From the NCBI GenBank assembly GCA_910578585.1, contig CAJTRG010000007.1, positions 25,350 to 89,349 on the forward strand: a DNA stretch of 64,000 nt. Reading direction: 5' to 3'. This document shows, piece by piece, positions 35,773-45,428 of this stretch. Source of the DNA: an uncultured Mailhella sp. GTDB taxonomy: Bacteria > Desulfobacterota > Desulfovibrionia > Desulfovibrionales > Desulfovibrionaceae. Both the position numbers and the translations under genes were made by a program. Each line of letters starts with the position of its first letter. Within the stretch, counting starts at the first letter, position 1. The notes under the pieces were generated by a model, which did not search any database, was not told where the DNA came from, and worked only from the letters and a program-made list of their open reading frames with translations.

Positions 35773-37614
35773 TTGGCAGGGCTGAAGCCAAACGAGCTGA
35801 AAGCCCTGCAGCGCCTTACCAATCGCCGTTACGATGTGCATAGCGGCTATACCCTTGAACAGGCAAAAGAGCTTGGTGCTTTGTCGCGCCTTATTTCACG
35901 GCAAATTGGCCTTCTTATTGACAGACAGGGCAAGGTGGAACTGACCATTGTCGGCGATGCCCACGGGATTTTAATCCCTACGCTTGCCCGAGAACGCTCC
36001 ACCGGACGCCTTCGCGGCATTCGTCTTTTGCATACGCACCTGACAGACAGCAAACTTTCCGGCGAAGATTTAATGGATTTACTCTTTCTTCGTTTGGACA
36101 GCATTGGGGTGCTGACTATTGATGAATTTGGAGCGCCAATCCATTTTCAGTCTGCTCATTTGCTCCCTGCCCTTATTTCTGATGGAAGCTATATCCGCGA
36201 CATCAGCAAAACATCCAAAAAACAAAAGCAGCTGGAATATCCGGAAGAAAAGCAAGACCAGCCCTTACAGGCAGAAGATATTGATTTTATTCTGACCCAA
36301 AATTTATATCATGCTTCTGCAGAGCCAAAACCCGTTATTCCCAACCGTCCTGCTGAGCCCTACCGCATTACGGATTTCTTTGCCTGGGATAAAAATCCCC
36401 TTGATTTATCAGCCGAAATTGACGCCATTGAAGAAGAATTTGCCCGGCTTATAAAAGATTCCCATTCCACAGAAAATACGAAAAATATTGCAAAATACAA
36501 TGCAAAAGGAACGCTTGATACCTTTCAGGCAGGCTCCCGCTGTGTGCTTGTTTCTGTGAGCAAAGCTCCAAAAGCCATTCAGGAACGTAATCTTGCAGAA
36601 CTTACGGAACTTGCCAAAACAGCAGGACTTGGCGTTGTGGGCAATCTTATTCAACGGGTCACCACCATTAATCCCAGACAAATTTTAAGTCAAAATAAAC
36701 TGGCAGAACTGGAAGTTATTGCCCTGCAGGGACATGCCGGGATCATTATTTTTGACGGAGAACTTTCTCCTGCCCAGCTGCAAAATCTTGCGGAACTGAC
36801 TGAGCGAAAAGTACTGGACAGAACCCAGCTTATTCTGGATATTTTTGCTCAGCACGCCAAAACCGGTGCCGGCAAATTGCAGGTGGAAATGGCACAGCTC
36901 AAATATACCCAGCCTCGTTTAGTGGGGAAAAACCGTGCCATGGACAGACTCATGGGCGGCATTGGCGGACGCGGCCCCGGGGAAACCAAACTGGAAACCG
37001 ACAGACGCCGCGTCAAAGACCGCATTGCCAAAATCAAAATCGAGCTGGAAAATCTCAAGAAACAACGGCAGGCCAACCGCGCTAAACGCAATCGCTATAA
37101 TCTGCCTGTGGCCGCGCTGGTCGGCTATACCAATGCGGGAAAGTCCACGCTTCTCAATAAGCTCACCAAAAGTGAAGTTATTGCCGAAAATAAACTTTTT
37201 GCCACCCTTGACCCCACCACCAGACGGCTTCGCTTTCCCGAAGAACATGAAATTGTGCTGGCTGATACTGTGGGCTTTATCCGCGATTTGCCAAAAGAAC
37301 TCATGGAAGCATTCAGGGCAACGCTTGAAGAACTCAATGAAGCAAACATTTTAATCCATGTACTGGACGCTTCCCATGAAGAAATGGAACAACAGCTTGA
37401 ATCTGTTGAAAAAATTCTGGAAGAGCTCAAGCTTTCCGATGTGCCCCGCGTGCTTTTGCTCAATAAATGGGATAATCTGCCCAAAGAAAGTCAGGAACTT
37501 CTTTTGGAACGTTTTTCCGGGGCATATCCAGTTTCTGCCCTCACAGGCTTTGGCCTTGCCGAAGCAAGTGCCCATATTGAACAAACTCTTTTCAAAACAG
37601 GAACTCACGAATAG
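35773..37614 (+). CDS. hflX: GTPase HflX (long form); start codon uncertain (TTG at 35773)
   Basis: HflX N-domain, coiled linker (GPGETKLETDRR) and G domain (GYTNAGKSTLLN, DTVGF, NKWD). 613 aa, with a low-complexity insertion of roughly 130 aa in the N-terminal half. Confidence 0.85.
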   Translation: MAGLKPNELKALQRLTNRRYDVHSGYTLEQAKELGALSRLISRQIGLLIDRQGKVELTIVGDAHGILIPTLARERSTGRLRGIRLLHTHLTDSKLSGEDLMDLLFLRLDSIGVLTIDEFGAPIHFQSAHLLPALISDGSYIRDISKTSKKQKQLEYPEEKQDQPLQAEDIDFILTQNLYHASAEPKPVIPNRPAEPYRITDFFAWDKNPLDLSAEIDAIEEEFARLIKDSHSTENTKNIAKYNAKGTLDTFQAGSRCVLVSVSKAPKAIQERNLAELTELAKTAGLGVVGNLIQRVTTINPRQILSQNKLAELEVIALQGHAGIIIFDGELSPAQLQNLAELTERKVLDRTQLILDIFAQHAKTGAGKLQVEMAQLKYTQPRLVGKNRAMDRLMGGIGGRGPGETKLETDRRRVKDRIAKIKIELENLKKQRQANRAKRNRYNLPVAALVGYTNAGKSTLLNKLTKSEVIAENKLFATLDPTTRRLRFPEEHEIVLADTVGFIRDLPKELMEAFRATLEELNEANILIHVLDASHEEMEQQLESVEKILEELKLSDVPRVLLLNKWDNLPKESQELLLERFSGAYPVSALTGFGLAEASAHIEQTLFKTGTHE

Positions 37615-37620
37615 TTTTAT

Positions 37621-37650
37621 TTTTTTCTCTTGGGGGGAATTATTTCCCCC
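37621..37650. repeat. G6/C5 hairpin module (same as 19521-19546)
   Basis: ttttttctcttGGGGGGaattatttCCCCC, directly after the hflX stop. Confidence 0.6.
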
Positions 37651-37760
37651 GAAAAATCAAGTAATCCCTTTCGGGCATGATTTTTCGGGGACGAGAACTT
37701 TTAAACTGATTGTAGGCTTTTTATAGCTTCGCTATGCCAACAATCAGTAAAAAAGCCCCC
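37651..37760. repeat. 110-nt structured repeat element, copy A
   Basis: gaaaaatcaag...taaaaaagccccc. It is homologous to 51981-52088 and forms two stem-loops that are conserved through compensatory changes (see findings). Confidence 0.7.
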
Positions 37761-37775
37761 AAACCCCCTACACGC

Positions 37776-37808
37776 AAAACAGGTATGGACGTTGTCCATA
37801 CCTGTTTT
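37776..37808. terminator. bidirectional rho-independent terminator between convergent hflX and flavodoxin-like genes
   Basis: AAAACAGGTATGGAC-gtt-GTCCATACCTGTTTT. It is homologous to 19560-19592 with two compensatory pair changes. Confidence 0.8.
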
Positions 37809-37883
37809 GTTATACTGTATAATTTATTGGATTGTGGATAGCGACAGCAGAGCTGATCACTCCCCCACAAAAAAATAAAGAAA

Positions 37884-38447
37884 CTAACCTATTATCGCTT
37901 TGCCTGCTTTGTAAGCTGTATCCAAAACAAAATGCCCTTTGATATCACCTACATTCATTACGCCGCCTGCCAGAATTTCTCCGCAGTTTTTCCAATCAAG
38001 AAATTTCAGCAAGGCATGATAATTTTGCAGCACAGGTTCCCAATTATCTTTGGAATTACCTTCTGCTGCCATAATTAAATAACAATCTTTGACTGGATTT
38101 TGATAGTTTTCATTGAGTTCTGCCACAGCAAAAAGTCTGTCAAAAGCAGTTTTCAGCTGGCCGCTTATATTCCAATAGTACATGGGAGAGGCCAGCACAA
38201 CGATGTCCGCTTCCTGATACACAGGATAAATTTTTTGCATATCGTCTTTCTGCACGCAGGGGCTTTCTTTGCATTGTTTATGGCCTTGTATACAGCCAAG
38301 ACACCCCTTTATATCCATTTGATTTAAATTGAATTTGAAGACTGTATGTCCCTGTTCTTCAGCTCCTTTTATAAAAGCTTCACAAAGCATGGAAGTATTT
38401 CCTTTGGGTCGGGGACTGCCGTTTAATATTAAAATTTTCTTGCTCAT
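37884..38447 (-). CDS. flavodoxin-like fold FMN reductase / iron-sulfur flavoprotein-like protein
   Basis: MSKKILILNGSPRPKGNTS is the NADPH-dependent FMN reductase N-terminus. A compact cysteine cluster CLGCIQGHKQCKESPC (CxxC-x6-C-x4-C) resembles ISF-type Fe-S sites. Shine-Dalgarno is AAAGGAG. Confidence 0.7.
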   Translation of the reverse strand: MSKKILILNGSPRPKGNTSMLCEAFIKGAEEQGHTVFKFNLNQMDIKGCLGCIQGHKQCKESPCVQKDDMQKIYPVYQEADIVVLASPMYYWNISGQLKTAFDRLFAVAELNENYQNPVKDCYLIMAAEGNSKDNWEPVLQNYHALLKFLDWKNCGEILAGGVMNVGDIKGHFVLDTAYKAGKAIIG

Positions 38448-38743
38448 ATTTGCTCCTTTCAAATTATATTTTTGTAGTAACAATTACAAAATAAAGAAAA
38501 ACATTTTTCGTGTCAAGAAGTTTTTTAGTATTCATTACAAAATTATATTAAAATATATAATTCATCTAACAATACGCTTTATATAAAAATTTACAATTTT
38601 GTTATTTATTTTTATGATAATGAAAAGAATAAGATATAATATTTATGTTTTATTGCTTGACAGTGCCTTTATTTAGTGCAATGATGAAAACGTTATAACG
38701 AAAATTAAATATAACAAATTTGTTTACAAAAGAGGAAACTATT

Positions 38744-39787
38744 ATGAAAGAGAATTTGGTTGTTGCTGTGGTTGGTGCAACAGGAGCTGTTGGAAGAGAA
38801 ATGTTAAGCACTCTCTATACCCGTAATTTCCCTGCTACAACCATTAAAGCTCTTGCTTCTTCCCGTTCTGCCGGTTCAAAAGTTCCTTACGGAGATGAAG
38901 AACTGACTGTTGAAGAACTCAAAGAAAATTCTTTTGAAGGCGTTGATATTGCTATTTTTTCAGCCGGCGGCGGCACCAGCACCCAATTTGCTCCTCATGC
39001 AGTAAAGTCCGGCTGCGTTGTTGTGGATAACTCCAGTGCATGGCGTATGGATGAACGCTGTCCGCTTGTTATTCCAGAAGTAAATGCTCATGCCCTCAAA
39101 AGTCACAACGGCATTATCGCCAATCCAAACTGCTCAACCATTCAAATGCTTGTTGCACTCAAACCTCTCCACGATGCTGCTAAAATTAAACGTGTTGTTG
39201 TTTCCACCTATCAGGCAGTCAGCGGAACAGGTCAAAAAGGCATTCAAGAACTGGAAACCCAGGTTCGCAAACTCTTCAACGGCATTGAACCGGAAAATAA
39301 TGTATATCCTCACCGCATTGCTTTCAACTGCCTGCCGCACATTGACGTTTTCCTTGACAACGACTACACCAAGGAAGAAATGAAAATGGTTAATGAAACC
39401 AATAAGATTTTTGAAGATCCGGACATTAAAGTAACGGCAACCTGTGTTCGTGTTCCAGTCTTCTACAGCCATAGTGAAGCTATCAATATTGAAACAGAAA
39501 AGAGACTCACCGCCAAAGAAGCCCGTGCCATTTTGGCAACTGCTCCAGGCGTGCAGGTTTATGATAATCCAAAAGAAAATATGTATCCCTTAGCCACCAT
39601 TGCTTCTGGTGAAGATGCAACTTTTGTTGGCCGTATCCGTGAAGATGAAAGTATTGCCAACGGCCTCAATATGTGGGTTGTTGCTGATAACGTTCGCAAA
39701 GGTGCAGCCCTCAATGCTGTGCAAATTGCCGAAAAACTTTTGGAAATGGATTTAGTGCACGTAAAAGATAAAAATCTTTTCATGTAA
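38744..39787 (+). CDS. asd: aspartate-semialdehyde dehydrogenase
   Basis: VVGATGAVGREM, the active-site stretch NPNCSTIQM, and a length of about 347 aa. Shine-Dalgarno AGAGGAA precedes the ATG at 38744. Confidence 0.92.
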   Translation: MKENLVVAVVGATGAVGREMLSTLYTRNFPATTIKALASSRSAGSKVPYGDEELTVEELKENSFEGVDIAIFSAGGGTSTQFAPHAVKSGCVVVDNSSAWRMDERCPLVIPEVNAHALKSHNGIIANPNCSTIQMLVALKPLHDAAKIKRVVVSTYQAVSGTGQKGIQELETQVRKLFNGIEPENNVYPHRIAFNCLPHIDVFLDNDYTKEEMKMVNETNKIFEDPDIKVTATCVRVPVFYSHSEAINIETEKRLTAKEARAILATAPGVQVYDNPKENMYPLATIASGEDATFVGRIREDESIANGLNMWVVADNVRKGAALNAVQIAEKLLEMDLVHVKDKNLFM

Positions 39788-39805
39788 TATATTCCCACAG
39801 AAATC

Positions 39806-39838
39806 AAAGAGCCCTCCCGTCAAACGGAGGGCTTTTTT
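39806..39838 (+). terminator. rho-independent terminator after asd
   Basis: AGCCCTCC(c)G-tcaaa-CGGAGGGCT followed by TTTTT. Confidence 0.8.
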
Positions 39839-39941
39839 ATAAACTTTTTCACTTTTTAATATTTTTCTCAGCTTTTATCTTTTCTTTTGCATAAAATTTG
39901 CATATATTCTCTTATGTTGCAATATTGACCGAGAGGCTAGT

Positions 39942-41000
39942 ATGAAAAAATTAACAGCATTACCCAGTTCCAGCCCAGAAAACATGGCTATTATCAAACA
40001 GAAAAAACCTGAGAAAAAACATTTAGTTATAGGGATTGGACTTTGTTTGCTGCTTGCTTGTCTGCTCTTTCTTTTGAGCCAAAAAGTCACCAGCGAAAAA
40101 GCAGAACTCACGAAAGAAGGAGAGGCAATTTATTCCCCTGTGGATGGAATTGTTTTTGAAATGCTGGTGCCAAAAGGGAAAAATGTGCGCAAAGGCGATG
40201 CCCTTGTCCATTTTGACCCGGGATATATTCGCTCTAAAGTTGCTGAAATCCGCGGTTATTTGCAATTATTTAATGATAATAAACACAATGCCGGCACACT
40301 CAAACAAATTTTCAAACCGCTTTTAGGCAATGTTTTTGCAGATATCACTCAGGAAATCAGCAAATTATCAGAAGTTGAGGCAGTAAAATTAAAAGAATTG
40401 CAGGAAGTTGTCAGAGAACACACCAAAGCCCAGGTTGCCATGCGCCGCCCCAATTCTTTTATCGACGGCAAACCAGACCCGGAACTTGTCAAAAAAGAAC
40501 AGGAACTGCAGCAAAAATACAATGAAGCAGAAGAGGCTTTCCAAACAGCAAGTACTGCCCGTGCCACGGCGGATAAAAAATATCGTGATTTAACCAATTC
40601 CCTCGGTCAGCCAAACAGCATTCTCTATCGCTACCTCGAAGAAGAATATAATAAAACCCTTGTCCTGCAAAAAAATGAGTATATATACGCACCGTTCAAT
40701 GCCGTGGCTGGCATGCATTATGTCAATAATGGTTCCATGGTCAAAAAAGATGAAATGCTTATGGAAATCCACCCGGAAAATGCCGAAGAATGGTGGGTAC
40801 TGGCAGAATTTTCCAAGGGTGATGCCAAAAAACTCAAAGAACGGGATATTTGCACTGTGATTACCGAAGAAAATGAAAAATTAACTGCCCGAATTTTCAG
40901 CATTGAAGATAAACAGGAAAGGGCTCTGGTCAAACTCTATATCCTTGACCCGCCGGAAAATCTCAAAGCCTCCCAGTTTGTCACTGTCAAAAGTAACTAA
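39942..41000 (+). CDS. HlyD/membrane-fusion-protein-like protein (orphan)
   Basis: An N-terminal TM helix, a lipoyl-like hairpin (SPVDGIVFEMLVPKGKNVRKGDALVHFD), a long charged coiled-coil region and a C-terminal beta-barrel-like segment. There is no adjacent ABC, RND or MFS partner. Confidence 0.6.
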   Translation: MKKLTALPSSSPENMAIIKQKKPEKKHLVIGIGLCLLLACLLFLLSQKVTSEKAELTKEGEAIYSPVDGIVFEMLVPKGKNVRKGDALVHFDPGYIRSKVAEIRGYLQLFNDNKHNAGTLKQIFKPLLGNVFADITQEISKLSEVEAVKLKELQEVVREHTKAQVAMRRPNSFIDGKPDPELVKKEQELQQKYNEAEEAFQTASTARATADKKYRDLTNSLGQPNSILYRYLEEEYNKTLVLQKNEYIYAPFNAVAGMHYVNNGSMVKKDEMLMEIHPENAEEWWVLAEFSKGDAKKLKERDICTVITEENEKLTARIFSIEDKQERALVKLYILDPPENLKASQFVTVKSN

Positions 41001-41094
41001 TGAACAATAATAAAATAATGCCGTCTAAAAGTTTTTAGGTGACATTACCCATTAAATATTCTGTCAATCAATATGCATTCAATCACTCAATAAC

Positions 41095-42144
41095 CTATTT
41101 TTCGCCTATCCAAATAAAAACAGGTTCATACCCAATATTCATATATTTTTCATCCACAATTCCAAGACAATAACTGTCCTTAAAACCAGCCTCTTTCAAT
41201 GTATCAAAAAAATCTATTCCAAAATTATAAAACGCTAAACAGCCATGAGGATCATCACAGGAAAAACCACCATGATATTCTTTTTCCTCATGGTAAATAA
41301 TTGTACCCTCTTTTATTTCTGCCCGTACTCTTGTTTTGTCTAAATGCGGAGAAAATGGAATATGGCAAATCAACTTTCCTCCGGGCTTTAAACATCTGAC
41401 AATTTCTGATAATGCTTTATCAATATCCGGCACATGCTCCAAAACATCATTTGAAATAATATACTCTAATTCATTATCATGAAACGATAAATTCAATGCG
41501 TTTTCATGGCGAATCCCGTCAATTATTTCTCCAGCCTTTTTATCATATCCTAAAAATTCAGACCCTATTATCGTATTTGTCCCGTTGGAAGTGAGCATTT
41601 CTTCAAACTTTTTAAAAAAGTTTGTCGTATATTCCTGAAGATAAATTTTTAAATTTTGCGGCGTCTTCTCAAATTTTTGAAAAACGGAAATAATAGCCCG
41701 CAGCCTGTTACCCAGCAAACATTGAGGGCATTTCAAGGTTTCAGAAAACATGATATCAGGACTGTATTGAGGAAATTTCTCGCATAAAAATACAACTTCT
41801 TTTCCACAATAACTGCATATCCCTTGAAACGTTATTTCATCAGGACGGGTGTCAAAAACAGCATTATATTGAAATGCTTTTTGAAAAGAAACCATGTTCT
41901 CATATATAAAATCATCTATCTCCTTTTTATTACGAATTATTTTAGAAGTTGAAGCTATCTTCTTATTTTCAAACAGCCTCATCAAATTAAATATTTTTAT
42001 GCTTATTCTTTTTCCAAAAACATAAAAAATACAATAGTCTTTAATTCTAAAATTTTTCGTATCAATACGTGATTTTTTCTCTATCCTGAAAAAATTATTA
42101 TTTACGCCCACGTCCTTCCTCTTTAAATACAAATTTAAATACAA
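41095..42144 (-). CDS. class I SAM-dependent methyltransferase with N-terminal zinc ribbon; start uncertain
   Basis: CSYCGKE...CPQC is followed by a methyltransferase core (ISNDVLEHVPDIDKALSEIVRCLKPGGKLI). The maximal ORF is given. Candidate starts are GTG at 42111 (AGGAAGG just upstream) or ATG at 41982. The gene is markedly AT-rich. Confidence 0.7.
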   Translation of the reverse strand: MYLNLYLKRKDVGVNNNFFRIEKKSRIDTKNFRIKDYCIFYVFGKRISIKIFNLMRLFENKKIASTSKIIRNKKEIDDFIYENMVSFQKAFQYNAVFDTRPDEITFQGICSYCGKEVVFLCEKFPQYSPDIMFSETLKCPQCLLGNRLRAIISVFQKFEKTPQNLKIYLQEYTTNFFKKFEEMLTSNGTNTIIGSEFLGYDKKAGEIIDGIRHENALNLSFHDNELEYIISNDVLEHVPDIDKALSEIVRCLKPGGKLICHIPFSPHLDKTRVRAEIKEGTIIYHEEKEYHGGFSCDDPHGCLAFYNFGIDFFDTLKEAGFKDSYCLGIVDEKYMNIGYEPVFIWIGEK

Positions 42145-42157
42145 AGAAAAACAATCT

Positions 42158-42517
42158 TTATTTTTGCTTATGATAATTAATTGTTAAATCATCACTTTTC
42201 AAAATCAATTCATCGGCTGAAAGTTTTTCAATTTTATAGGAATCCACAAAATCAATGGTTTGTCCATTGCCAAGGCTTTGACCGGAAAGAACAAGGGTAT
42301 CGCCCTGCCGTACCCAGGATTTATACTGCAAAGTGGCGCTGTTGATAGAACTTGCTTTGCCGTCTTTTTCAAGGCTAATGCCCTGCATTTGGTCTTCCAT
42401 GCCGGGAATGGGTTCAACCCAATTGCCTTCAAGAGTTGGTTCTCCCATACAGCAGGCAGTTAACAAAGCAGCACTCGCAAAAACACCTAAACCACGAAAA
42501 ATATTTTTTGTTTTCAT
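42158..42517 (-). CDS. small lipoprotein (lipocalin-like/META-like), hypothetical
   Basis: The MKTKNIFRGLGVFASAALLTAC signal peptide has a lipobox, followed by a predicted beta-rich mature region of about 100 aa. Confidence 0.6.
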   Translation of the reverse strand: MKTKNIFRGLGVFASAALLTACCMGEPTLEGNWVEPIPGMEDQMQGISLEKDGKASSINSATLQYKSWVRQGDTLVLSGQSLGNGQTIDFVDSYKIEKLSADELILKSDDLTINYHKQK

Positions 42518-42725
42518 CGCAATTTTCCTTTTTAACAAATAGTATAAGTATGTTACCATAAACAAAAACAAAAAGCCAGAAAAATCCGTCAGGAGAATTC
42601 GGTCTGTTTATTTTCTTCTTTTTCAGCAAAAAATTTCCGCAAAATAAGTTTTACTTGAAAGCAATTTTTAATTTGTTATACTGACAGCAACATTTTAAGT
42701 CTATAATTATAATAATGAGGTAAGC

Positions 42726-45377
42726 ATGGCTTTAAAAGAATTATCCAAAGCATACGAACCACAGGAAGTTGAAGAATATTGGCGCAAATATTGGGAAGAA
42801 CACAAGTGTTTTACCCCAAACATGGAAAGCCAGGCAGAACCTTATTCTATTGTTATTCCACCGCCAAACGTCACCGGCGCTCTGCACATCGGACACGCTT
42901 TTAACCAAACCATGCAAGACATTCTTGCCCGTCACGCACGCCAAAAAGGCAAAAAAGTGCTCTGGCTTGTCGGCACTGACCATGCAGGTATTTCCACCCA
43001 AAACGTTGTGGAACGCCAGCTCCTCAAACAGGGACTTTCACGCCGAGATTTAGGACGTGAAAAATTTCTGGAAAAAGTTTGGGCTTGGAAAGAAGAATAC
43101 GGCGGAAAAATTCTCAAACAAATCCGTCAGTTAGGTTCTTCTGTTGACTGGACGAGAGAACGCTTTACCATGGACGACGACCTTGCCAAGGCAGTGCGTA
43201 AAGTTTTTGTTCAGCTCTACAACGAAGGACTTATTTATAAAGGAAAATATATTGTCAACTGGTGCCCTCGCTGCCACACGGCTTTGGCAGACGATGAAGT
43301 GGATCACACCCCGCAAAAAGGTGCGTTATGGCATGTAAAATATAAGCTTGAAGACGGCTCCGGCTATATTATTATTGCCACATCCCGTCCTGAAACTATT
43401 TTAGGCGACTCTGCTGTTTGCGTACACCCGGATGATGAACGCTATCAGCACCTGATCGGCAAAAAAGTTATTGTGCCTATTGTCAACCGCGCTGTGCCGA
43501 TCATTGCAGACCGCTATGTTGACCGGGAATTTGGTACCGGTGCACTGAAAGTAACCCCCTGCCACGACCCCAACGACTGGAATTTAGGCCATAAGCATGG
43601 TATTGAATTTATTCAGGTTATTGACGATAACGGCAATATGAATGAAGAAGCCGGCGTTTACAAGGGCCTCACCCGTGAAGAATGTCGTGACCGCATTGTC
43701 AAAGATATCGAAGCCATAGGTCAGCTTGAAAAAATCGAAGACTTGGATCACGCCGTTGGTACCTGTTATCGCTGTAAAACCGTTATTGAACCCTATGTTT
43801 CTGTGCAGTGGTTTGTAGCCACAACCAAACTTGCCCCAAAAGCCCGTGCTGCTGTGCCTTCTGAAATTGAAATCCTCCCGGAAACATGGACAAAAACCTA
43901 TTACAACTGGCTGGATAATATCCGTGACTGGTGTATCAGCCGTCAATTATGGTGGGGACACAGAATTCCTGCCTGGACTTGTCAGGACTGCGGAGAACTC
44001 ATTGTTGCAGAACAAGATCCGACTGTCTGCCCAAAATGCGGCAAAAATCATTTGGAACAGGACCCTGATGTGCTGGATACCTGGTTTTCTTCTGCGCTTT
44101 GGCCTTTCTCAACCATGGGCTGGCCTCGCGAAACCGAGGATTTGAAGACATTCTATCCTACCAACGTACTGGTCACCGCCTTTGATATTCTCTTCTTCTG
44201 GGTTGCCCGCATGATTATGATGGGTCAGCACTTCATGGGCGAAATTCCTTTCAAGCAGGTCTATATCCATGCCCTTGTCCGTGACGCTCAAGGCAGAAAA
44301 ATGTCAAAATCCCTTGGCAACGGTATTGATCCGCTGGATATGATCAGCAAATACGGAGCGGACGCCCTGCGTTTCACTCTGACCTCTCTTGCCGCCATGG
44401 GCCGTGATATCCGCCTTTCTGAAGAACGTATTGAAGGCAACCGCAACTTTGTGAATAAAGTTTGGAATGCTTCCCGTTTTGCGCTCATGAATTTGGAAGG
44501 CAACAAGCCTGAACCTGTTGATTTAGGCAAAATTACAGCTTTGCACCACGCCTGGATTCTGCACCGTTTGGAAGAAGTGAAAGTTGAAAGTGAAACAGCC
44601 TTGAATGCCTATCGGTTCAACGACTTGGCGCAATGCCTCTATAAATTTGTCTGGAACGAATTCTGTGACTGGTATCTGGAACTCGTCAAGGGAGATTTCA
44701 AGGGAACCGAAGCACAAAAGAAAGAAGCTTCCTATGTTCTGTACACTGTTCTTTCTGAAATTCTCATTTTACTGCACCCTATTATGCCCTTTGTCACCAG
44801 CGAAATCTGGCAGGCTCTTCCAGGCAATGAAGACGGCAACCTTGCAGCGGTGCTCCGTCCTGCACTTCGTCCGGAATGTCTGAAAGAAAAAGAAGCAGCT
44901 GCAATGCTCTATTTGCAGGAAGTGATTGTGGCAATCCGTGCCATGAAGAGTGAACTTGGCATTGCTCCTTCTTTGAAATTAAAAGCCCTGATTAAGCCTT
45001 TGACTGATGAACAGGCAGAACTTTTGGAACACGGACGTGCATGGCTGATGTTCCTTGCCCGTCTTGAAGATTTTGAAATCTCAAAAACTGCCGCCGCTCC
45101 AAAAGCAAGTGCAAGCAATATTATCCAAGGTTCTGAAATTACTATTCTTTTAGAAGGTGTTCTGGACTTCAAAGCAGAACTTGCCCGTCTTGAAAAAGAA
45201 CTTGTCAAAATCGACAAAGAATTAACCGGCATAGAAGCAAGACTTTCCAATGAAAACTTTGTTGCCCACGCACCAGAGGCTGTTGTGGCAAAAGACAAGG
45301 AAAAGGCTGCGGATTTGACCGATAAAAAGGCAAAACTGCTCACGCTGCAAAAACGCTTCCAGGAAGCATTAGCATAA
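42726..45377 (+). CDS. valS: valine--tRNA ligase
   Basis: 883 aa with HIGH (GALHIGHA), KMSKS, and a C-terminal coiled-coil. Confidence 0.97.
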   Translation: MALKELSKAYEPQEVEEYWRKYWEEHKCFTPNMESQAEPYSIVIPPPNVTGALHIGHAFNQTMQDILARHARQKGKKVLWLVGTDHAGISTQNVVERQLLKQGLSRRDLGREKFLEKVWAWKEEYGGKILKQIRQLGSSVDWTRERFTMDDDLAKAVRKVFVQLYNEGLIYKGKYIVNWCPRCHTALADDEVDHTPQKGALWHVKYKLEDGSGYIIIATSRPETILGDSAVCVHPDDERYQHLIGKKVIVPIVNRAVPIIADRYVDREFGTGALKVTPCHDPNDWNLGHKHGIEFIQVIDDNGNMNEEAGVYKGLTREECRDRIVKDIEAIGQLEKIEDLDHAVGTCYRCKTVIEPYVSVQWFVATTKLAPKARAAVPSEIEILPETWTKTYYNWLDNIRDWCISRQLWWGHRIPAWTCQDCGELIVAEQDPTVCPKCGKNHLEQDPDVLDTWFSSALWPFSTMGWPRETEDLKTFYPTNVLVTAFDILFFWVARMIMMGQHFMGEIPFKQVYIHALVRDAQGRKMSKSLGNGIDPLDMISKYGADALRFTLTSLAAMGRDIRLSEERIEGNRNFVNKVWNASRFALMNLEGNKPEPVDLGKITALHHAWILHRLEEVKVESETALNAYRFNDLAQCLYKFVWNEFCDWYLELVKGDFKGTEAQKKEASYVLYTVLSEILILLHPIMPFVTSEIWQALPGNEDGNLAAVLRPALRPECLKEKEAAAMLYLQEVIVAIRAMKSELGIAPSLKLKALIKPLTDEQAELLEHGRAWLMFLARLEDFEISKTAAAPKASASNIIQGSEITILLEGVLDFKAELARLEKELVKIDKELTGIEARLSNENFVAHAPEAVVAKDKEKAADLTDKKAKLLTLQKRFQEALA

Positions 45378-45378
45378 G

Positions 45379-45400
45379 AAAAGGGACTTTGTCCCTTTTT
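45379..45400 (+). terminator. rho-independent terminator after valS
   Basis: AAAAGGGAC-ttt-GTCCCTTTTT. Confidence 0.7.
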
Positions 45401-45428
45401 CAATTATTATATATTTTGTGAGGAAATC

